From assembly GCA_023267375.1 (NCBI GenBank), contig JAHFNJ010000002.1:23634-87633 (forward strand): a stretch of 64,000 nucleotides of DNA, written 5' to 3'. This document shows positions 29,691 to 39,561 of this stretch, piece by piece (within the stretch, counting starts at the first letter, position 1; the number at the start of each line of letters is the position of its first letter). This DNA is from Candidatus Nomurabacteria bacterium (GTDB lineage: Bacteria > Patescibacteriota > Minisyncoccia > Phycocordibacterales > UBA9973). The notes under the pieces were generated by a model, which saw nothing but the letters and a program-made list of their open reading frames with translations, was not told the origin of the DNA and searched no databases. The position numbers and the translations under genes were made by a program.

Positions 29691-30263
29691 ATGCCAACTG
29701 AACCAATTTTTCAGCCAACGTATATTAACCTTGAATACTTTTTCAATAAAATCCTCGATATCGTCGGATGGATTTTTAGCTTTTTCACGAGTAGTCATTC
29801 ATGGGGAATTGTTGATACGTTAGTAAAGCTTGGTATTATTTTTTTCCTCTCGATTATTTTTTACGCGTACATCCGTATTCTTGAAATCCGCAGAATGGAA
29901 AGAGATCACTTGGCTCATGCTGCACATGCGGCTATTGCCCCAGAACCGAAGAACCAGAAGTGGGAAGATGTCTTGACGCGTGTTTCTTCCGACAATCCTT
30001 CTGACTGGCGTTTGGCGATTATCGAAGCAGATACGATCCTCGATGAAATTTTGGCGGGGGTTGTGCCAGAAGGCGAGACATTGGGTGATCGACTCAAGAA
30101 GCTTTCACCTGGCGGTTTTCGTACGATCCAGAGCGCATGGGATGCACACACTGTTCGCAATAAGATTGCGCACCAGGGTTCTGATTTTGAAATTACTCGC
30201 CAAGAAGCTCGCCGCATCATCAACCTATACGAAGAAGTATTTCAGGAATTTAAATATATTTAG
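29691..30263 (+). CDS. Hypothetical membrane protein
   Basis: It has two N-terminal TM helices and a soluble C-terminal domain. No motif was recognised. Confidence 0.3.
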   Translation: MPTEPIFQPTYINLEYFFNKILDIVGWIFSFFTSSHSWGIVDTLVKLGIIFFLSIIFYAYIRILEIRRMERDHLAHAAHAAIAPEPKNQKWEDVLTRVSSDNPSDWRLAIIEADTILDEILAGVVPEGETLGDRLKKLSPGGFRTIQSAWDAHTVRNKIAHQGSDFEITRQEARRIINLYEEVFQEFKYI

Positions 30264-30265
30264 TA

Positions 30266-30651
30266 TGCAACCAGATGAAGAAAAAAGAATCCCACTTGTA
30301 AATGGGCATTCTGCTAGTTTGCAAATGTGTCGACAGTATCTCGGTAAGAAAGTAGCTATTATTATCGACCAAGCATACGGCACTGAGTATAAAGGCACAC
30401 GTTATGAGGCGAATTATGGGTACATTCCTAATACGATCGCTCCAGACGGTGAAGGTCTTGATGTCTATTTTCTAGGGCCAAAAGAACCTCTCGAACAAGC
30501 CCAAGGTATTTGTATTGCCGTTATCCACCGTTTAGAAGATGACGATGATAAGTTAATTCTAGTTCCCGAAGGAGTTGCTCTTTCTGATCAAGAAATAGAA
30601 AATGCGGTTAATTTTCGAGAGCAGTTTTTTAAACATGTCATTGTGCGGTAA
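30266..30651 (+). CDS. Inorganic pyrophosphatase-like protein, N-terminally short with an altered active-site motif
   Basis: YEANYGYIPNTIAPDGEGLDVYFLG...DDDDKLILVPEG matches the family I PPase core (Y.ADYGFIPNTL.EDGDPLDVLVL...DDKIIAVP). It is only about 128 aa, and the DGDPLDV motif is replaced by DGEGLDV. Confidence 0.45.
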
Positions 30652-30688
30652 ATAAAGCACTTAATTTCACTATGGTATAATCCTCCCT

Positions 30689-31579
30689 ATGCAGGAGGAT
30701 AAACAAAAGATTGAGACAGAAATACAGGAGCTTGAAGCCCGTATGGCTTCGGCTGATTTTTGGACAGATAAGACACAGGCTCAGTCAGTTATTAAGACTA
30801 TTGCCGAACTCAAAGAAAAGCTCTCGGGGATGGGGAAATATGATAAAGGGAACGCTATTATCACCATTTTTTCAGGGGCCGGCGGGGATGACGCTGAGGA
30901 TTTCTCCGCAATGCTCTTCCGAATGTATGAAAAATTCGCTGCACGGCGTAATTTCGAGCTTTCGATCCTGCATCGTAACCAAAATGACCACGGCGGGTTC
31001 CGAAACATCACTTTTGAGGTGGCGGGGAAGGGAGCGTATGGTATACTAAAAAACGAGTCCGGCGTGCATCGTCTTGTCCGGATCTCTCCGTTTAATGCAA
31101 AGAAGCTTCGCCACACTTCATTTTCGATGGTGGAAGTCATTCCGAAATTCGCGAAGACTGATGCAGCTGATATGGTGGTGCCTGAAAGCGATTTACGGAT
31201 AGAATTTTCACGTGCTGGCGGCCCTGGTGGGCAAAACGTGAACAAGCGTGAGACTGCGGTGCGTATTGTACATATCCCAACCAATATTGCCGTCCACGTA
31301 AATGCTGAGCGGTCACAGGAACAAAATCGCGAACAAGCAATGAACTTGCTCCGGGCAAAACTGTATAAGCGGAGCGAAGAGGAACGTCTCGCAAAGGAGA
31401 AGGGCATGTATATTTCCAAGACAACGGAGATTGAATGGGGGAACCAGATTCGTTCGTACGTCATTCATCCATACAAAATGGTGAAAGATCACCGAACAGA
31501 TGTCGAAACGGCGAATGTGAGTGCTGTTCTCGATGAAGGAGACCTTGATGCATTTATAGAAGCAGAAAGTAAGTTATAA
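30689..31579 (+). CDS. prfB: Peptide chain release factor 2
   Basis: It has the SPF tripeptide (RISPFNAKK), the GGQ motif (GGPGGQNVNK) and a single uninterrupted frame with no +1 frameshift site. Confidence 0.85.
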   Translation: MQEDKQKIETEIQELEARMASADFWTDKTQAQSVIKTIAELKEKLSGMGKYDKGNAIITIFSGAGGDDAEDFSAMLFRMYEKFAARRNFELSILHRNQNDHGGFRNITFEVAGKGAYGILKNESGVHRLVRISPFNAKKLRHTSFSMVEVIPKFAKTDAADMVVPESDLRIEFSRAGGPGGQNVNKRETAVRIVHIPTNIAVHVNAERSQEQNREQAMNLLRAKLYKRSEEERLAKEKGMYISKTTEIEWGNQIRSYVIHPYKMVKDHRTDVETANVSAVLDEGDLDAFIEAESKL

Positions 31580-31640
31580 AGTTCGTAAAGTAGAATTTAT
31601 TTCTCTAGAACCTAGCAGCTAGAACCTAAAACCTAACCCT

Positions 31641-32321
31641 ATGATTTATTTCAACAACGTATCAAAAATATATCCAAATAAATCAACATCACTTGCGGAT
31701 ATCAACCTCTCGATTTCTCCAGGTGAGTTCGTGTCTATTGTCGGACACTCAGGCGCCGGGAAAACCACGCTCATTAAATTGATTTTGGCTGAAGAGCGTC
31801 CAACTGCTGGTACTATCTTTTTTGAATCGATTGATATTCACAAATTGAACAGTCGCGACATCACGAAGCTTCGCAAGCGTATTGGTGTTGTTTTTCAAGA
31901 TTTTCGTCTTTTGCCAAACAAGAATGCATATGAAAATATTGCATTCGCTATGGAAGCAGCGGGTAAAAGCGATGAAGAAATTGCTTCAGATGTTCCGCAC
32001 GTTCTTGAATTAGTGGATCTTACATCGAAAATGTATCATTTCCCTCATCAGCTTTCTGGTGGGGAACGTCAGCGCCTTGCCATTGCTCGCGCCATCATCA
32101 ATCAGCCTGAGCTCATTATTGCCGATGAACCGACAGGAAACCTTGACCCTATCAATACCTACGAAGTAGTGCAGATTTTAAAGAAGATAAACGACTTAGG
32201 TACCACTATCATTCTCACGACACACAATCGTGGGGTTGTTGAATCTATTGGTAAACGGGTGGTAACACTCGATGGTGGGAAGGTTGTTCGCGATGACAAA
32301 GATGGGAAGTACAGTATTTAG
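31641..32321 (+). CDS. ftsE: Cell division ATP-binding protein FtsE
   Basis: It has the ABC motifs GHSGAGKTT, LSGGERQRLAIARA and IIADEPTGNLD, and is followed by ftsX. Confidence 0.85.
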   Translation: MIYFNNVSKIYPNKSTSLADINLSISPGEFVSIVGHSGAGKTTLIKLILAEERPTAGTIFFESIDIHKLNSRDITKLRKRIGVVFQDFRLLPNKNAYENIAFAMEAAGKSDEEIASDVPHVLELVDLTSKMYHFPHQLSGGERQRLAIARAIINQPELIIADEPTGNLDPINTYEVVQILKKINDLGTTIILTTHNRGVVESIGKRVVTLDGGKVVRDDKDGKYSI

Positions 32322-32373
32322 TAAAAAATGATAAGATAGAGAATCAGTAATTATTTATTTTTATATATCACAC

Positions 32374-33297
32374 ATGTTCTGGACTAGTACTAAAAGAGTT
32401 ATACGTGCAGGATTCATTAATTTCAGACGAAATGGCACAATTTCGACTGCCGCAGTATTAATCACCACTGTCACCCTCTCAGTCATTGCTGGTCTCATTC
32501 TTCTTCAAGCTGTCCTTCATTTTTCACTTGCTCAAATCAAGGATAAGGTAGACGTAACTATTTATTTCACCACAACTGCTAAAGAAGAGCAGATCATGAC
32601 ACTAAAGTCATCTCTTGAAAAATTGCCTGAGGTTGCGACAGTCTCATATATTTCTGCTGAACAAGCACTTACTGATTTTCGTGAGCGTCACCAAGATGAT
32701 TACCTTACTATTCAAGCGCTCGATGAGGTGGGGAGCAACCCGCTTGGCGCTGAGCTTGATATAAAAGCGAAAGATCCATCACAATATGAAAGTATCTCAA
32801 ATTTCCTTGAGGGGGATACCGATGTAGCGCAGAGCGCGAATACGGTGATCGAAAAAGTAAACTACCATCAGAACAAAGTTGTTATCGATCGTCTGAATGC
32901 AATTACTGCTGGAGCTGAGAAGCTTGGTTTTGGTATTACACTCGTGCTTGTTATCGTTTCTATTCTCATTATGTTCAATACCATTCGCTTAACAATCTTT
33001 ATTGCTCGAGAAGAGATCGGAGTGATGCGCTTAGTGGGAGCTGACAATCGCTATATTCGTGGACCGTTTTTGATGGAAGGAGTGATTTATGGTACTATCT
33101 CATCTGTTCTTGCCATGGCTCTCTATTATCCGCTGACACTCTACCTTGGCAAACACATGACAGACTTTTTTGGTATGAACGTGTTCGAGTATTACCTTTC
33201 GAATTTCTTCCAGATATTCTTGATCATTCTTGTTTCCGGTATCATCCTTGGTTCCATTTCAAGCTTTATTGCAGTTAAAAAGTATTTGAAAAAATAG
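32374..33297 (+). CDS. ftsX: Cell division permease-like protein FtsX
   Basis: It has four TM helices and a large periplasmic loop, and sits directly after ftsE. Confidence 0.7.
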   Translation: MFWTSTKRVIRAGFINFRRNGTISTAAVLITTVTLSVIAGLILLQAVLHFSLAQIKDKVDVTIYFTTTAKEEQIMTLKSSLEKLPEVATVSYISAEQALTDFRERHQDDYLTIQALDEVGSNPLGAELDIKAKDPSQYESISNFLEGDTDVAQSANTVIEKVNYHQNKVVIDRLNAITAGAEKLGFGITLVLVIVSILIMFNTIRLTIFIAREEIGVMRLVGADNRYIRGPFLMEGVIYGTISSVLAMALYYPLTLYLGKHMTDFFGMNVFEYYLSNFFQIFLIILVSGIILGSISSFIAVKKYLKK

Positions 33298-33304
33298 CTA
33301 TTAC

Positions 33305-34963
33305 ATGAAGAAACAAAACCCAAAATACATATTTGTGGTGGGAGGCGTTATTTCCGGAGTAGGGAAAGGCATTACCTCCTCCTCAATTGGGAAAATTCTT
33401 CAAGACCGCGGACTTACAGTAACCGCGATTAAAATAGATCCATATGTGAACGTTGATGCTGGTACCATGAACCCGACTGAACACGGCGAAGTTTTTGTGC
33501 TTGAAGACGGCGATGAGACCGATCAGGACATGGGTAACTACGAGCGCTTTTTAAACACGACACTCTCACGCATAAACTATATGACAACGGGCCGCGTCTA
33601 TCAGAGCGTGATTGAGGCTGAGCGCTCTATGGCATACGAAGGAAAATGTGTACAGGTAGTACCGCACATTCCGCTTGAGGTTGTTCGTCGCATTAAGCTT
33701 GCGCAGAAAAATGCCAAGGCTGATGTTGTGGTTATTGAAATTGGGGGGACGATCGGCGAGTACGAAAACATTCTGTTTTTGGAAGCTGCTCGCATGATGA
33801 AGATTGAAACTCCCGATGATGTCCTCTTTGTCATGGTGTCGTATCTTCCTGTTCCGTCGACAGTGGGAGAAATGAAGACAAAGCCAACTCAGCACGCCGT
33901 ACGTACCCTAAATGCTTCAGGTATTCAGCCAGATATTTTGATTGCACGAAGTGTTACTGCTCTCGATGAAAAGCGTAAAGAAAAAATCGCCTACTTCTGC
34001 AATGTGCCGATCAATCATATTATTTCTGCTCCGGACGTAGAGAGTGTCTATGATGTACCACTCAATTTCGAAAAAGAAAAACTTTCCGAACGGCTTTGCA
34101 ATCTACTCTCTACAAAGTGTGGCTCAAAAGTGGGGGAGAATGAAAAGAAGTGGAAACAGTTTGCTTCTAATGTGCATAATGCGAAGGATGAAGTAAAAAT
34201 CGCTATCATCGGCAAATATTTTGATACTGGCGATTTCACGCTCTCTGATTCGTATCTTTCTGTTATTGAAGCAGTGAAGTACTCTGCATTTTGGCAAAAG
34301 CGAAAGCCTGTATTGACCTGGCTGAATGCAATCGATTTCGAGAATGATCCGAAAAAAGTAAAAGAACTTGCAAAGTATGACGGTGTCATTGTTCCTGGCG
34401 GCTTCGGTAAGCGCGGTATTGAAGGGAAGATGAATGTCATCCGTTATGTGCGTGAGAATAAAATCCCATACTTCGGTCTCTGCTATGGTATGCAGCTTGC
34501 GGTCATTGAATATGCTCGTACTGTCGCAAAGATTACTGGCGCTATCACAAAAGAGGTAGATCCTACTGCTAAGAATCTTGTCATTACTACTATGGATGGT
34601 CAGGAAGAGAATTTGAAGAATAAGCGCTATGGCGGCAGTATGCGTTTGGGTGGCTATAAAGCGCTCCTAAAAGAAGGAACAATTGCTCGCAAGGCTTATG
34701 GCGCTAGTGAAGTCACCGAACGTCATCGCCACCGTTTTGAAGTGAATATGGACTATGTCAAAGAACTCACCGACAAAGGTCTTGTATTCTCTGGTGTTTC
34801 ACCAAGTAAAACGCTCATGGAAATCGCTGAACTGCCGAAGAGTGTGCATCCGTTTTTCTTGGGTACACAGTTTCATCCAGAATTCCTTGCTCGACCTCTC
34901 GCCCCGCATCCGCTCTTCACTGCATTTGTGAAAGCAGCAATTGAACAACGAAAAAAGAAATAG
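33305..34963 (+). CDS. pyrG: CTP synthase
   Basis: The N-terminus reads YIFVVGGVISGVGKGITSSSIG. The C-terminal glutamine amidotransferase domain reads GLCYGMQ...HRHRFE. Confidence 0.9.
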   Translation: MKKQNPKYIFVVGGVISGVGKGITSSSIGKILQDRGLTVTAIKIDPYVNVDAGTMNPTEHGEVFVLEDGDETDQDMGNYERFLNTTLSRINYMTTGRVYQSVIEAERSMAYEGKCVQVVPHIPLEVVRRIKLAQKNAKADVVVIEIGGTIGEYENILFLEAARMMKIETPDDVLFVMVSYLPVPSTVGEMKTKPTQHAVRTLNASGIQPDILIARSVTALDEKRKEKIAYFCNVPINHIISAPDVESVYDVPLNFEKEKLSERLCNLLSTKCGSKVGENEKKWKQFASNVHNAKDEVKIAIIGKYFDTGDFTLSDSYLSVIEAVKYSAFWQKRKPVLTWLNAIDFENDPKKVKELAKYDGVIVPGGFGKRGIEGKMNVIRYVRENKIPYFGLCYGMQLAVIEYARTVAKITGAITKEVDPTAKNLVITTMDGQEENLKNKRYGGSMRLGGYKALLKEGTIARKAYGASEVTERHRHRFEVNMDYVKELTDKGLVFSGVSPSKTLMEIAELPKSVHPFFLGTQFHPEFLARPLAPHPLFTAFVKAAIEQRKKK

Positions 34964-34966
34964 TTT

Positions 34967-35827
34967 ATGACACTTGGAATTATATTCGCACTGGTCGCCA
35001 TGCTCTCGTGGGGTTTTGGTGACTTTTTTATTCAGAAAGGAACGAGAAAAATAGGTGACGTAGAAACGCTCGCATGGATTGGGATTTTTGGATCCATTGG
35101 ACTTGTTCCATTTATATACAATGATCTTACCCTTGTATTAGAACGATCAAATTTTCTGATACTCCTTTCTTTGGGTGTGGTGACATTCTTGGTGGGTATT
35201 ATGAATTTTGAAGCGTTACGGAGAGGGAAGCTTTCTGTCGTAGAAGTACTTTTAGAGCTTGAGCTTCCCATCACCGTAATTCTCGGAATATTTTTTCTCC
35301 GAGAACATTTGACGCTTACGCAGGTCCTCATCCTCTGTTTTATTTTTGTGGGAATATTAATGATTGCCCTTAAACCTGGGCAGGTCAGGGGGAGACATTT
35401 TTTTGAAAAAGGCGCAGTGTTGGCACTTGGTGCTGCTATCGGCTATGGCCTCATAAATTTTTTGACAGCTGTCGGAGCAAAAGAAATAGCTCCACTGCTC
35501 ACTATTTGGTGTACCTGGGTAACATTTACCGTTATCTGTCTTGGCTATTTGTTTGCAAAGGGAAGAATAAAAAGCTTTGCACATCAGTTTAGCAAGTATA
35601 CAACCCTGATTATTGCGATGGGGGTCATTGATACTGTGGCATGGATCTTTTTTGCGCTTGCTTTAGAAAATAAAGAACTTGCTGTTACTATTGCTATCAC
35701 CGAAAGTTATCCGGCGGTTTCTCTCTTTTTAGGAAGTGTCGTCAATAAAGAAAAAATTGCAACTATTCAATTTTTTGGCGCGTTCCTGACCATTGTCGCC
35801 AGTATTGTTATGGCGTTACTCTATTAG
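34967..35827 (+). CDS. EamA/DMT family transporter
   Basis: It has 10 predicted TM helices arranged as two EamA-like repeats. Confidence 0.6.
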   Translation: MTLGIIFALVAMLSWGFGDFFIQKGTRKIGDVETLAWIGIFGSIGLVPFIYNDLTLVLERSNFLILLSLGVVTFLVGIMNFEALRRGKLSVVEVLLELELPITVILGIFFLREHLTLTQVLILCFIFVGILMIALKPGQVRGRHFFEKGAVLALGAAIGYGLINFLTAVGAKEIAPLLTIWCTWVTFTVICLGYLFAKGRIKSFAHQFSKYTTLIIAMGVIDTVAWIFFALALENKELAVTIAITESYPAVSLFLGSVVNKEKIATIQFFGAFLTIVASIVMALLY

Positions 35828-35836
35828 TAGTCTGGG

Positions 35837-36607
35837 CTATTGTTTCTTAAGGATGTCCTTCTTGAAGTGTTTTAAATAGGCAACCAAGATAAAGCTGATT
35901 ATAACCATCAGAAACCACGAGGTTATTTTATTTGTTGAAACAATGTTCCATGCATGAATTTGGTCGGGGTATTTCCAAGCACCAAGATAGGTAGAAATAT
36001 TCTCAGCAATCCAAATAAAGAAGGCAATTAAAAGAAAGGCAATATTCAACGGCATGGAGCGGCGAACAGTTGTTACGGTAAAATACACTTTTACTTTGAA
36101 GAATAGTATAAAGACAGCCGCTATGAGAAAAATACGAAAATCATACATAAAATGATTAGTAAAAAAGTTAAGGTAAATCAAGAAGCAAAGCAAAACGCTC
36201 CAGATATATCGCCCGTAGTGTACTAATTCCAGTTTAAATATTTTCCAAGCCTGACTCAAATAGCTCCCGATTGCTGCGTACATGAATCCGCTGTAAAGAG
36301 GCACGGTAGCAATTTTTAAAAATCCAGCCTCCGGGTAGCTCCACGAGCCAACTCCGGGACTTGTTTTGTAGAGCTCTAAAACAAGTCCAATGATGTGAAA
36401 TAAGAAAATAACTTTTACTTCATCTTTTGTTTCAAGTTTGGTGAAGTAGAGAATGGCTTGTATCAGAACGGCGGTGATGAAAAGAAAATCATACCGAGCC
36501 AGTCCAAAAAGGGGAATATGGTTTGAAAGAAAAAGAAGCAGAAAAAAAGACCCCGCAAATATCGCGGCTCGAGCCTGTTTGACGCCGAAAACGAGGAATT
36601 CTTTCAT
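35837..36607 (-). CDS. Polytopic membrane protein (hypothetical)
   Basis: It has 7-8 hydrophobic helices and no recognised motif. Confidence 0.3.
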   Translation of the reverse strand: MKEFLVFGVKQARAAIFAGSFFLLLFLSNHIPLFGLARYDFLFITAVLIQAILYFTKLETKDEVKVIFLFHIIGLVLELYKTSPGVGSWSYPEAGFLKIATVPLYSGFMYAAIGSYLSQAWKIFKLELVHYGRYIWSVLLCFLIYLNFFTNHFMYDFRIFLIAAVFILFFKVKVYFTVTTVRRSMPLNIAFLLIAFFIWIAENISTYLGAWKYPDQIHAWNIVSTNKITSWFLMVIISFILVAYLKHFKKDILKKQ

Positions 36608-36613
36608 CTATAA

Positions 36614-37207
36614 CTAAATCGCTGCCCCATCACCGAGACCCATCTGTGCTTTGTAGTGTTTGATCACCTCCGGGTGTTTGCCTTCCTTGCACTCTGCAAT
36701 AAATGTGTCAGCACTCGCGGAATCAGGGAATGTCATATACGCCAGGGCGGATTCGCAGACAACAGTAATATTGAGTTTGCCACTGCTTACAGGAGCTGGT
36801 TCGATCATCTTTGTAATAGTAAAGATTCCCTTCATATTGTATTTTGCCCAATGATCTGAGCTTAGTGCTTCCTTGATAACGACAAAACCCTCTGCGGTTA
36901 TGTGTTCATTCGCTTGAAATTGTTCCATTACACTTGCTGATTCACCGAAATTCACCGCATAGTAGAGGCCATCATCCGTCTTAAGCCCAAAGGCGCATTC
37001 GTCAGTTTGTGGTCCGCTTGTGTCTGTATGTGGAAGACACACATAGGTGCCAGAGAGGGTGGTATTTTGAGGAGTCGAATCAAGGGGAGCTTTTTCGGGA
37101 GAATTGATAATAAGGTATCCAGCGATGCCAGCAACGATAATAATTAAAATAGCAATAATATTTTTATTCATGAGTAAAGTATACACCTTTTGAGAACTTC
37201 GAAGCAA
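36614..37207 (-). CDS. Secreted/membrane-anchored hypothetical protein
   Basis: It has an N-terminal signal/anchor (IIAILIIIVAGIAGYLII) and multiple Cys residues. Confidence 0.3.
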   Translation of the reverse strand: MLRSSQKVYTLLMNKNIIAILIIIVAGIAGYLIINSPEKAPLDSTPQNTTLSGTYVCLPHTDTSGPQTDECAFGLKTDDGLYYAVNFGESASVMEQFQANEHITAEGFVVIKEALSSDHWAKYNMKGIFTITKMIEPAPVSSGKLNITVVCESALAYMTFPDSASADTFIAECKEGKHPEVIKHYKAQMGLGDGAAI

Positions 37208-37216
37208 AAGAGTGTT

Positions 37217-37705
37217 TTAGAGAGGAAATTCTGTTATCACCTCATATTCTTGAGAAGGGGGATTGTAGTCTGGCGAAGCTTCTTCAAAAATTTTGTGTTC
37301 TACACGATACGACTTTTCTCCCTTGGTTATTTTAAAAAGATCTCCGATGCCAGCGGCGTAACACTGAACAGTTGCTGAACCCGGGACGCTATCTTTATCC
37401 GCATCGGGGAGTTCGTTGCAGCTACCAGGCACTGTCGCAATTAGTTTGTTGATGATTTCTTCGTTGGAATATTGCGCCTGAAGAAAAATACGAGTCTCAG
37501 GAAGGCCATCTAAATTCAATGTCGAAGCCTCCTCGAATTTCCATGTGAAGACTGGGGGTTCTTCACTTTCATTTTCTACCGGAGTAACTGCTTTTGAAGG
37601 TTCTATGCGAGAGAGATAAGCTTGATATGCAAAAATACCCCCGCCAACGATGACTAATAAAACAAAAATGAGGGTTCTACCTGTAAAGAATGTTTTTAAT
37701 GTCAT
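37217..37705 (-). CDS. Secreted/membrane-anchored hypothetical protein
   Basis: It has an N-terminal TM anchor and no recognised motif. Confidence 0.3.
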   Translation of the reverse strand: MTLKTFFTGRTLIFVLLVIVGGGIFAYQAYLSRIEPSKAVTPVENESEEPPVFTWKFEEASTLNLDGLPETRIFLQAQYSNEEIINKLIATVPGSCNELPDADKDSVPGSATVQCYAAGIGDLFKITKGEKSYRVEHKIFEEASPDYNPPSQEYEVITEFPL

Positions 37706-37746
37706 TGTAATCAGATTGGAACAAGAGAGTTATTAAATATCTTAAC

Positions 37747-37763
37747 TTGCTGCCAGACTTGGA
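37747..37763 (-). repeat. 17-bp direct repeat of the tRNA-Gln 3' end (ttgctgccagacttgga), an att-like scar
   Basis: The 17-mer is identical at 37747-37763 and again at 37930-37946, where it forms the 3' end of the tRNA-Gln. A T-arm-like fragment (ccgttcgaatccaagac) lies between the copies in inverted orientation. Confidence 0.6.
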
Positions 37764-37932
37764 CCACGAGTACGTTTTTCTCCTTCGACTCAAAATTTGC
37801 CAGTCGCAAATTTTGGTCTAGGCACCGGCTCGAATTTTTCTCTGGTGAGAAAAATATACTCCGCCGTTCGAATCCAAGACAAAAGCGCGTTCAGCGCTTT
37901 TTTCCGGCAGCATTCCTCGCTGAGTTCGTTTG

Positions 37933-38003
37933 CTGCCAGACTTGGATTCGAACCAAGATGACGACTTTCAGAGAGTCGCATCCTACCATTAGATGATCTG
38001 GCA
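37933..38003 (-). tRNA. tRNA-Gln (anticodon CTG)
   Basis: The reverse complement is TGCCAGA-TC-ATCT-AATGGTA-GGAT-G-CGACT-CTCTGAA-AGTCG-TCAT-CTTGG-TTCGAAT-CCAAG-TCTGGCA-G. It has a U1:A72 pair, typical of bacterial tRNA-Gln, and CCA is not encoded. Confidence 0.75.
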
Positions 38004-38097
38004 ATAGGAGTAGAATATAGCTTTTTAAGCAAAAAGTAAACCATGAATACCGCTCGACTCTTTTCTTTGCCACATCTCAGCATAAGTGGAACTCCTT

Positions 38098-39561
38098 TTA
38101 TTTTTTCAGTAGTTCCATTTTAATTTGTGCTTTTATTTCCTCGAATTCTTTTTTGAGTTTTGGTTCAATAATAGAATGCGCCTCATATTCTAAAGTAGTA
38201 GGATTGGAGTACATATCTAGTTGTGCTTCGTCGTAGGTTACTCCCTCGGCTTTAGCAACTGAGTCTGTGTGATGGTAGTCTTTATTATGCCAATCCTGGT
38301 ATTTCTTTTTGTCAGTTGCATATTGCGCTGCATGGCTCAATTCAGCAATGTAATCTTCGAGTTTAAAACTACCGGTATAACTTGGTAAATGCATGGTGTT
38401 CCCAAATGAGCTATATGATGCTCTGTCATGGAAACGAGGGAATTGGCCATATACTGCCTTTGGTTTACCGTATCGTTCATTTATTCGTAAAAGGGCGACA
38501 TAGTTTAGTTTGCTCTCAAAATCGGAAATGATACCAGTGGGTTCTCCCTCACCATTTTGGAGATAGTCTTCTCGTAATGATGCTATAAAGAACTCACTAC
38601 TGTCTTCTCTTGCTAAGAATTCACGCCACTCTTTAGGTAGTTTTTTGTCTCCTGCAATAGAATGAAAAATAATAGTAGTAGTTGAATCTACCGGCTCATT
38701 CTGTAAAGCATTATTATAAACACTATCCATTTTAGACCCTAAAAATGTATCCATTTTTAGTTCTCCTCCTTTTTGAGTGGCCCAAGATAGTGCTGTAATA
38801 GAAAATGCCCAGACGGCAGTTCTGGTTGCCCATTTTTTGAACTGGGACGCCAGAGCGTCCATTATTAAGAGTTGTTTCGCAATAACGTTTTTACCAGATT
38901 GCATGTTCTCTGGCGTGAAAACTCCCAGTGCTTTCAGTCCATCTGAAAGTTTTGTGTTAAGCTGCATTTTTCTTTTTTCTTGGTACTCTCGTACGGTATC
39001 AAGAAATGCGTTTACACCATCTTCGTATCGAGCTCCCTCTAATTCCTCGTATTTTTTCCAAGCTTCAGTATACTTTTCATACACCGGATTATTATTTTCA
39101 TTCAAGAAAGTGCGCCTTGCTTCTGATGCTTGTAGGTAGGTTTCCCGTTTTCTGTCTACAACAGCATCTTCTTCAGGAAATTTTTCACGCACTAGACGAT
39201 AGAGTTCCCACTCTGCTTTGTCGTACTCATTTCTCTTCTCTCCATAGCTATTGTATAAAACCTGTGCCTCATCATGATCTTCACCAACCTCTTCTCTTTT
39301 GTCGTAATAATTATTCCAACGAGTATTTTTTTCTTCTTCCAGTATTTTTAGGGCCTGGTATTCAGTAGGGAATCGTTGCTGTAATTTCTCTTCTTCTGCG
39401 CGATATTCGTTGTATAAGAGATTAGTTTCGACGTCTAATTTTTCATAATGGCTGTTGACCATTGCCAATTGTTCTTTTGCTATCTCCAAACGAGTATGTG
39501 CCAAGCGTTCATTTGTTGGCTCAAGAACTCCTTTTGCATTTTCTGGTTTACCTTCAAGCAT
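38098..39561 (-). CDS. Hypothetical 487-aa protein, E/K/Y/W-rich coiled-coil N-half with a central TM helix
   Basis: No motif was recognised. It contains a TM helix (TAVWAFSITALSWA). Its start overlaps the stop of an upstream 48-aa ORF. Confidence 0.4.
   Translation of the reverse strand: MLEGKPENAKGVLEPTNERLAHTRLEIAKEQLAMVNSHYEKLDVETNLLYNEYRAEEEKLQQRFPTEYQALKILEEEKNTRWNNYYDKREEVGEDHDEAQVLYNSYGEKRNEYDKAEWELYRLVREKFPEEDAVVDRKRETYLQASEARRTFLNENNNPVYEKYTEAWKKYEELEGARYEDGVNAFLDTVREYQEKRKMQLNTKLSDGLKALGVFTPENMQSGKNVIAKQLLIMDALASQFKKWATRTAVWAFSITALSWATQKGGELKMDTFLGSKMDSVYNNALQNEPVDSTTTIIFHSIAGDKKLPKEWREFLAREDSSEFFIASLREDYLQNGEGEPTGIISDFESKLNYVALLRINERYGKPKAVYGQFPRFHDRASYSSFGNTMHLPSYTGSFKLEDYIAELSHAAQYATDKKKYQDWHNKDYHHTDSVAKAEGVTYDEAQLDMYSNPTTLEYEAHSIIEPKLKKEFEEIKAQIKMELLKK

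Noticed and set aside
29980-30265. Upstream extension of the PPase-like ORF (29980-30651 on the track)
   Set aside because: It overlaps the preceding 190-aa gene by about 280 nt. The extension has no PPase similarity (no VIEIPKGS-type N-terminal strand). The ATG at 30266 follows the upstream stop by 3 nt.
30689-31579. Programmed +1 frameshift in prfB
   Set aside because: The ORF is continuous from the ATG to the stop with no internal in-frame UGA and no CUU UGA C slippery context.
37790-38083. 97-aa minus-strand ORF overlapping the tRNA-Gln
   Set aside because: It covers a well-folded tRNA and its flanking att-like repeat. It has no coding signal and is spurious.
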